Assembly: GCA_964016885.1 (NCBI GenBank)
Contig: OZ024741.1
Span: 14,632,001 to 14,696,000, forward strand
From: Eledone cirrhosa
Lineage: Eukaryota
Direction of reading: 5' to 3'
Length of the DNA: 64,000 nt
In this document: one piece after another, positions 57,201 through 64,000 of the stretch
Numbering within the stretch: the first letter of the stretch is position 1
Layout of the letters: each line of letters opens with the position of its first letter
Made by a program: the position numbers and the translations under genes
The notes under the pieces: generated by a model
The model's input: only the letters and a program-made list of their open reading frames with translations
Told to the model about the DNA's origin: nothing
The model's database searches: none

Positions 57201-60200
57201 AAGTGAGAGAGAGAGACGAGGAGATAGATATATAGATGGAGAGTGAGAGAGAGAGAGACCAGGAGATAGATATATAGATGGAGAGTGAGAGAGAGAGAGA
57301 CCAGGAGATAGATATATAGATGGAAAGTGAGAGGGAGAGACCAGGAGATAGATATATAGATGGAGAGTGAGAGAGAGAGAGACCAGGAGATAGATATATA
57401 GATGGGAGTGAGAGAGAGAGAGACGAGGAGATAGATATATAGATGGAGAGTGAGAGAGAGAGACCAGGAGATAGATATATAGATGGAAAGTGAGAGAGAG
57501 AGACGAGGAGATAGATATATAGATGTGGAGTGAGAGAGAGAAAGACCAGGAGATAGATATATAGATGGAAAGTGAGAGAGAGAGACGAGGAGATAGATAT
57601 ATAGATGGAGAGTGAGAGAGAGAGAGAGACCAGGAGATAGATATATATAGATGGAGAGTGAGAGAGAGAGACCAGGAGATAAATATATAGATGGAAAGTG
57701 AGAGAGAGAGACCAGGAGATAGATATATAGATGGGCAGTGAGAGAGAGAGACTAGGAGATAGATATATAGATGGAGAGTGAGAGAGAGAGACCAGGAGAT
57801 ATATATATAGATGGAGAGTGAGAGAGAGAGAGAGACCAGGAGATAGATATATAGATGGAAAGTGAGAGAGAGAGACGAGGAGATAGATATATAGATGGAG
57901 AGTGAGAGAGAGACCAGGAGATAGATATATAGATGGAGAGTGAGAGAGAGAGAGACGAGGAGATAGATATATAGATGGAAAGTGAGAGAGAGAGACCAGG
58001 AGATAGATATATAGATGGGTAGTGAGAGAGAGAGAGACCAGGAGATAGATATATAGATGGAAAGTGAGAGAGAGAGACGAGGAGATAGATATATAGATGG
58101 AGAGTGAGAGCGAGAGAGACCAGGAGATATATATATAGATGGAGAGTGAGAGAGAGAGAGACCAGGAGATAGATATATAGATGGAAAGTGAGAGAGAGAG
58201 ACCAGGAGATAGATATATAGATGGGTAGTGAGAGAGAGAGAGACGAGGAGATAGATATATAGATGGAGAGTGAGAGAGAGAGAGACCAGGAGATAGATAT
58301 ATAGATGGAGAGTGAGAGAGAGAGAGATCAGGAGATAGATATATAGATGGAAAGTGAGAGAGAGAGAGACCAGGAGATAGATATATAGATGGAGAGTGAG
58401 AGAGAGAGAGACCAGGAGATAGATATATAGATGGACAGAGGGAGAGAGAGATCAGGAGATAGATATATAGATGGGCAGTGAGAGAGAGAGACGAGGAGAT
58501 AGATATATAGATGGAGAGTGAGAGAGAGAGACCAGGAGATAGATATATAGATGGAAAGTGAGAGAGAGAGAGACGAGGAGATAGATATATAGATGGAGAG
58601 TGAGAGAGAGAGAGACCAGGAGATAGATATATAGATGGAGAGTGAGAGAGAGAGAGACCAGGAGATAGATATATAGATGGAGAGTGAGAGAGAGAGAGAC
58701 CAGGAGATAGATATATAGATGGGGAGTGAGAGAGAGAGAGACGAGGAGATAGATATATAGATGGAGAGTGAGAGAGAGAGACGAGGAGATAGATATATAG
58801 ATGGAGAGTGAGAGAGAGAGAGACCAGGAGATAGATATATAGATGGAAAGTGAGAGAGAGAGAGACCAGGAGATAGATATATAGATGGAAAGTGAGAGAG
58901 AGAGACCAGGAGATAGATATATAGATGGGGAGTGAGAGAGAGAGAGACGAGGAGATAGATATATAGATGGACAGTGAGAGAGAGAGACCAGGAGATAGAT
59001 ATATAGATGGGCAGTGAGAGAGAGAGACGAGGAGATAGATATATAGATGGAGAGTGAGAGAGAGAGAGACCAGGAGATAGATATATAGATGGAAAGTGAG
59101 AGAGAGAGAGACCAGGAGATAGATATATAGATGGAAAGTGAGAGAGAGAGACCAGGAGATAGATATATAGATGGGGAGTGAGAGAGAGAGAGACGAGGAG
59201 ATAGATATATAGATGGACAGTGAGAGAGAGAGACCAGGAGATAGATATATAGATGGAGAGTGAGAGAGAGAGAGACCAGGAGATAGATATATAGATGGGG
59301 AGTGAGAGAGAGAGAGACGAGGAGATAGATATATAGATGGAGAGTGAGAGAGAGAGACCAGGAGATAGATATATAGATGGAAAGTGAGAGAGAGAGACGA
59401 GGAGATAGATATATAGATGGAGAGTGAGAGAGAGAGAGAGACCAGGAGATAGATATATATAGATGGAGAGTGAGAGAGAGAGACCAGGAGATAGATATAT
59501 AGATGGAAAGTGAGAGAGAGAGACCAGGAGATAGATATATAGATGGGCAGTGAGAGAGAGAGACTAGGACATAGATATATAGATGGAGTGTGAGAGAGAG
59601 AGACCAGGAGATAGATATATAGATGGAGAGTGAGAGAGAGAGAGACCAGGAGATAGATATATAGATGGAAAGTGAGAGAGAGAGACGAGGAGATAGATAT
59701 ATAGATGGAGAGTGAGAGCGAGAGAGACCAGGAGATAGATATATAGATGGAGAGTGAGAGAGAGAGAGACCAGGAGATAGATATATAGATGGAAAGTGAG
59801 AGAGAGAGACCAGGAGATAGATATATAGATGGGTAGTGAGAGAGAGAGACGAGGAGATAGATATATAGATGGAGAGTGAGAGAGAGAGAGACCAGGAGAT
59901 AGATATATAGATGGAGAGTGAGAGAGAGAGAGATCAGGAGATAGATATATAGATGGAAAGTGAGAGAGAGAGAGACCAGGAGATAGATATATAGATGGAG
60001 AGTGAGAGTGAGAGAGACCAGGAGATAGATATATAGATGGACAGAGGGAGAGAGAGATCAGGAGATAGATATATAGATGGGCAGTGAGAGAGAGAGACGA
60101 GGAGATAGATATATAGATGGAGAGTGAGAGAGAGAGACCAGGAGATAGATATATAGATGGAAAGTGAGAGAGAGACGAGGAGATAGATATATAGATGGAG

Positions 60201-63200
60201 AGTGAGAGAGAGAGAGACCAGGAGATAGATATATAGATGGAGAGTGAGAGAGAGAGAGACCAGGAGATAGATATATAGATGGAAAGTGAGAGAGAGAGAG
60301 ACCAGGAGATAGATATATAGATGGGCAGTGAGAGAGAGAGACGAGGAGATAGATATATAGATGGAGAGTGAGAGAGAGAGAGACCAGGAGATAGATATAT
60401 AGATGGAAAGTGAGAGAGAGAGAGACCAGGAGATAGATATATAGATTGAAAGTGAGAGAGAGAGACCAGGAGATAGATATATAGATGGGGAGTGAGAGAG
60501 AGAGAGACGAGGAGATAGATATATAGATGGACAGTGAGAGAGAGAGACCAGGAGATAGATATATAGATGGAGAGTGAGAGAGAGAGAGACCAGGAGATAG
60601 ATATATAGATGGGGAGTGAGAGAGAAAGAGACGAGGAGATAGATATATAGATGGAGAGTGAGAGAGAGAGACCAGGAGATAGATATATAGATGGGAAGTG
60701 AGAGAGAGAGACGAGGAGATAGATATATAGATGGAGAGTGAGAGAGAGAGAGAGACCAGGAGATAGATATATATAGATGGAGAGTGAGAGAGAGAGACCA
60801 GGAGATAGATATATAGATGGAAAGTGAGAGAGAGAGACCAGGAGATAGATATATAGATGGAGAGTGAGAGAGAGAGAGACCAGGAGATAGATATATAGAT
60901 GGAAAGTGAGAGAGAGAGACCAGGTGATAGATATATAGATGGGCAGTGAGAGAGAGAGACTAGGAGATAGATATATAGATGGAGTGTGAGAGAGAGAGAC
61001 CAGGAGATAGATATATAGATGGAGAGTGAGAGAGAGAGAGACCAGGAGATAGATATATAGATGGAAAGTGAGAGAGAGAGACGAGGAGATAGATATATAG
61101 ATGGAGAGTGAGAGAGAGACCAGGGATAGATATATAGATGGAGAGTGAGAGAGAGAGAGACGAGGAGATAGATATATAGATGGAAAGTGAGAGAGAGAGA
61201 CCAGGAGATAGATATATAGATGGGCAGTGAGAAAGAGAGACGAGGTGATAGATATATAGATGGAGAGTGAGAGAGAGAGACCAGGAGATAGATATATAGA
61301 TGGAGAGTGAGAGAGAGAGAGACCAGGAGATAGATATATAGATGGAAAGTGAGAGAGAGAGACGAGGAGATAGATATATAGATGGAGAGTGAGAGCGAGA
61401 GAGACCAGGAGATAGATATATAGATGGAGAGTGAGAGAGAGAGAGACCAGGAGATAGATATATAGATGGAAAGTGAGAGAGAGAGACCAGGAGATAGATA
61501 TATAGATGGAGAGTGAGAGAGAGAGAGACCAGGAGATAGATTTATAGATGGAAAGTGAGAGAGAGAGAGAGACCAGGAGATAGATATATAGATGGAGAGT
61601 GAGAGAGAGAGAGACCAGAAGATAGATATATAGATGGACAGAGGGAGAGAGAGATCAGGAGATAGATATATAGATGGGCAGTGAGAGAGAGAGACGAGGA
61701 GATAGATATATAGATGGAAAGTGAGAGAGAGAGACCAGGAGATAGATATATAGATGGGCAGTGAGAGAGAGAGACGAGGAGATAGATATATAGATGGAGA
61801 GTGAGAGAGAGAGAGACCAGGAGATAGATATATAAATGGAAAGTGAGAGAGAGAGACCAGGCGATAGATATATAGATGGAAAGTGAGAGAGAGAGAGACC
61901 AGGAGATAGATATATAGATGGAGAGTGAGAGTGAGAGAGACCAGCAGATAGATATATAGATGGACAGTGGGAGAGAGAGACCAGGAGATAGATATATAGA
62001 TGGGCAGTGAGAGAGAGAGACGAGGAGATAGATATATAGATGGAGAGTGAGAGAGAGAGATCAGGAGATAGATATATAGATGGAGAGTGAGAGAGAGAGA
62101 GACCAGGAGATAGATATATAGATGGGGAGTGAGAGAGAGAGAGACGAGGAGATAGATATATAGATGGGCAGTGAGAGAGAGAGACCAGGAGATAGATATA
62201 TAGATGGAGAGTGAGAGAGAGAGAGACCAGGAGATAGATATATAGATGGAGAGTGAGAGAGAGAGAGACTAGGAGATAGATATATAGATGGGGAGTGAGA
62301 GAGAGAGAGACGAGGAGATAGATATATAGATGGAGAGTGAGAGAGAGAGACCAGGAGATAGCTATATAGATGGAAAGTGAGAGAGAGAGACGAGGAGATA
62401 GATATATAGATGGAGAGTGAGAGAGAGAGAGACCAGGAGATAGATATATAGATGGAAAGTGAGAGAGAGAGACGAGGAGATAGATATATAGATGGAGAGT
62501 GAGAGAGAGAGAGACCAGGAGATAGATATATAGATGGAGAGTGAGAGAGAGAGACCAGGTGATAGATATATAGATGGAAAGTGAGAGAGAGAGACCAGGA
62601 GATAGATATATAGATGGGCAGTGAGAGAGAGAGAGACTAGGAGATAGATATATAGATGGAGAGTGAGAGAGAGAGACCAGGAGATAGATATATAGATGGA
62701 GAGTGAGAGAGAGACCAGGAGATAGATATATAGATGGAAAGTGAGAGAGAGAGACCAGGAGATAGATATATAGATGGAGAGTGAGAGAGAGAGAGACCAG
62801 GAGATAGATATATAGATGGAGAGTGAGAGAGAGAGAGACCAGGAGATAGATATATAGATGGAAAGTGAGAGAGAGAGACCAGGAGATAGATATATAGATG
62901 GGCAGTGAGAAAGAGAGACGAGGTGATAGATATATAGATGGAGAGTGAGAGAGAGAGACCAGGAGATAGATATATAGATGGAGAGTGAGAGAGAGAGAGA
63001 CCAGGAGATAGACATATAGATGGAAAGTGAGAGAGAGAGACGAGGAGATAGATATATAGATGGAGAGTGAGAGAGAGAGAGACCAGGAGATAGATATATA
63101 GATGGAAAGTGAGAGAGAGAGACCAGGAGATAGATATATAGATGGGCAGTGAGAGAGAGAGACGAGGAGATAGATATATAGATGGAGAGTGAGAGAGAGA

Positions 63201-64000
63201 GAGACCAGGAGATAGATATATAGATGGAAAGTGAGAGAGAGAGACCCGGCGATAGATATATAGATGGAGAGTGAGAGAGAGAGAGACCAGGAGATAGATA
63301 TATAGATGGACAGTGGGAGAGAGAGACCAGGAGATAGATATATAGATGGGCAGTGAGAGAGAGAGACAAGGAGATAGATATATAGATGGAGAGTGAGAGA
63401 GAGAGACCAGGAGATAGATATATAGATGGAAAGTGAGAGAGAGAGACGAGGAGATAGATATCTAGATGGAGAGTGAGAGAGAGAGAGAGACCAGGAGATA
63501 GATATATAGATGGAGAGTGAGAGAGAGAGACCAGGAGATAGATATATAGATGGGCAGTGAGAGAGAGAGAGACCAGGAGATAGATATATAGATGGAGAGT
63601 GAGAGAGAGAGACCAGGAGATAGATACATAGATGGAAAGTGAGAGAGAGAGACGAGGAGATAGATATATATCTGGAGAGTGAGAGAGAGACCAGGAGATA
63701 GATATATAGATGGAGAGTGAGAGAGAGAGACGAGGAGATAGATATATAGATGGAGAGTGAGAGAGAGAGACCAGGAGATAGATATATAGATGGAGAGTGA
63801 GAGAGAGAGAGACCCGGAGATAGATATATAGATGGACAGTGAGAGAGTGAGACGAGGAGATAGATATATAGATGGAGAGTGAGAGAGAGAGAGACCAGGA
63901 GATAGATATATAGATGGAAAGTGAGAGAGAGAGACCAGGAGATAGATATATAGATGGACAGTGAGAGAGAGACCAGGAGAGAGATATATAGATGGAGAGT
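54245..64000. repeat. ~38-44-bp purine-rich minisatellite, consensus GGAGATAGATATATAGATGGAGAGT(GA)nC(C/G)A, running off the window end
   Basis: Head-to-tail units with variable (GA)n length and variant GGAGAGT/GGAAAGT/GGGCAGT/GGACAGT/GGGGAGT cores. Confidence 0.97.

Noticed and set aside
54160-63369. 831-, 221- and 335-aa Ser/Leu-rich minus-strand ORFs
   Set aside because: These are translations of the pyrimidine strand of the minisatellite; the frame changes with (GA)n length.

Overview
Eukaryotic, AT-rich, repeat-dominated window with no recognisable host gene. The SINE/RTE/R4 repeats and long (TA)n/(CATA)n microsatellites suggest an octopus or other coleoid cephalopod genome (inference from recalled repeat families, not a database search). 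1-20.9 kb is a mosaic of a CR1-group LINE 3' remnant, two Helitron remnants, tRNA-type SINE fragments, RTE-derived non-autonomous elements, a mariner deletion derivative and a near-complete R4/Dong-type RT+RLE retrotransposon. 20.9-51.8 kb is a ~31-kb array of a 30-bp satellite with higher-order duplications, and 54.2-64 kb is a ~40-bp purine-rich minisatellite. The most notable signal is a set of hammerhead-ribozyme (HHR) elements. A near-identical 512-bp tandem array (3081-~5324) plus an inverted ~780-bp copy carries a minimal type I HHR (CTGATGA...GAAACTAGTA) in each full unit, which is a retrozyme / Penelope-pLTR-like architecture. Other HHR-like motifs of different sequence occur at ~2.46, ~9.44, ~9.82 (inside a perfect 73-bp-arm hairpin) and ~10.33 kb (inside a ~514-bp partial tandem). 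Almost all ORFs in the supplied track are microsatellite or satellite artefacts.
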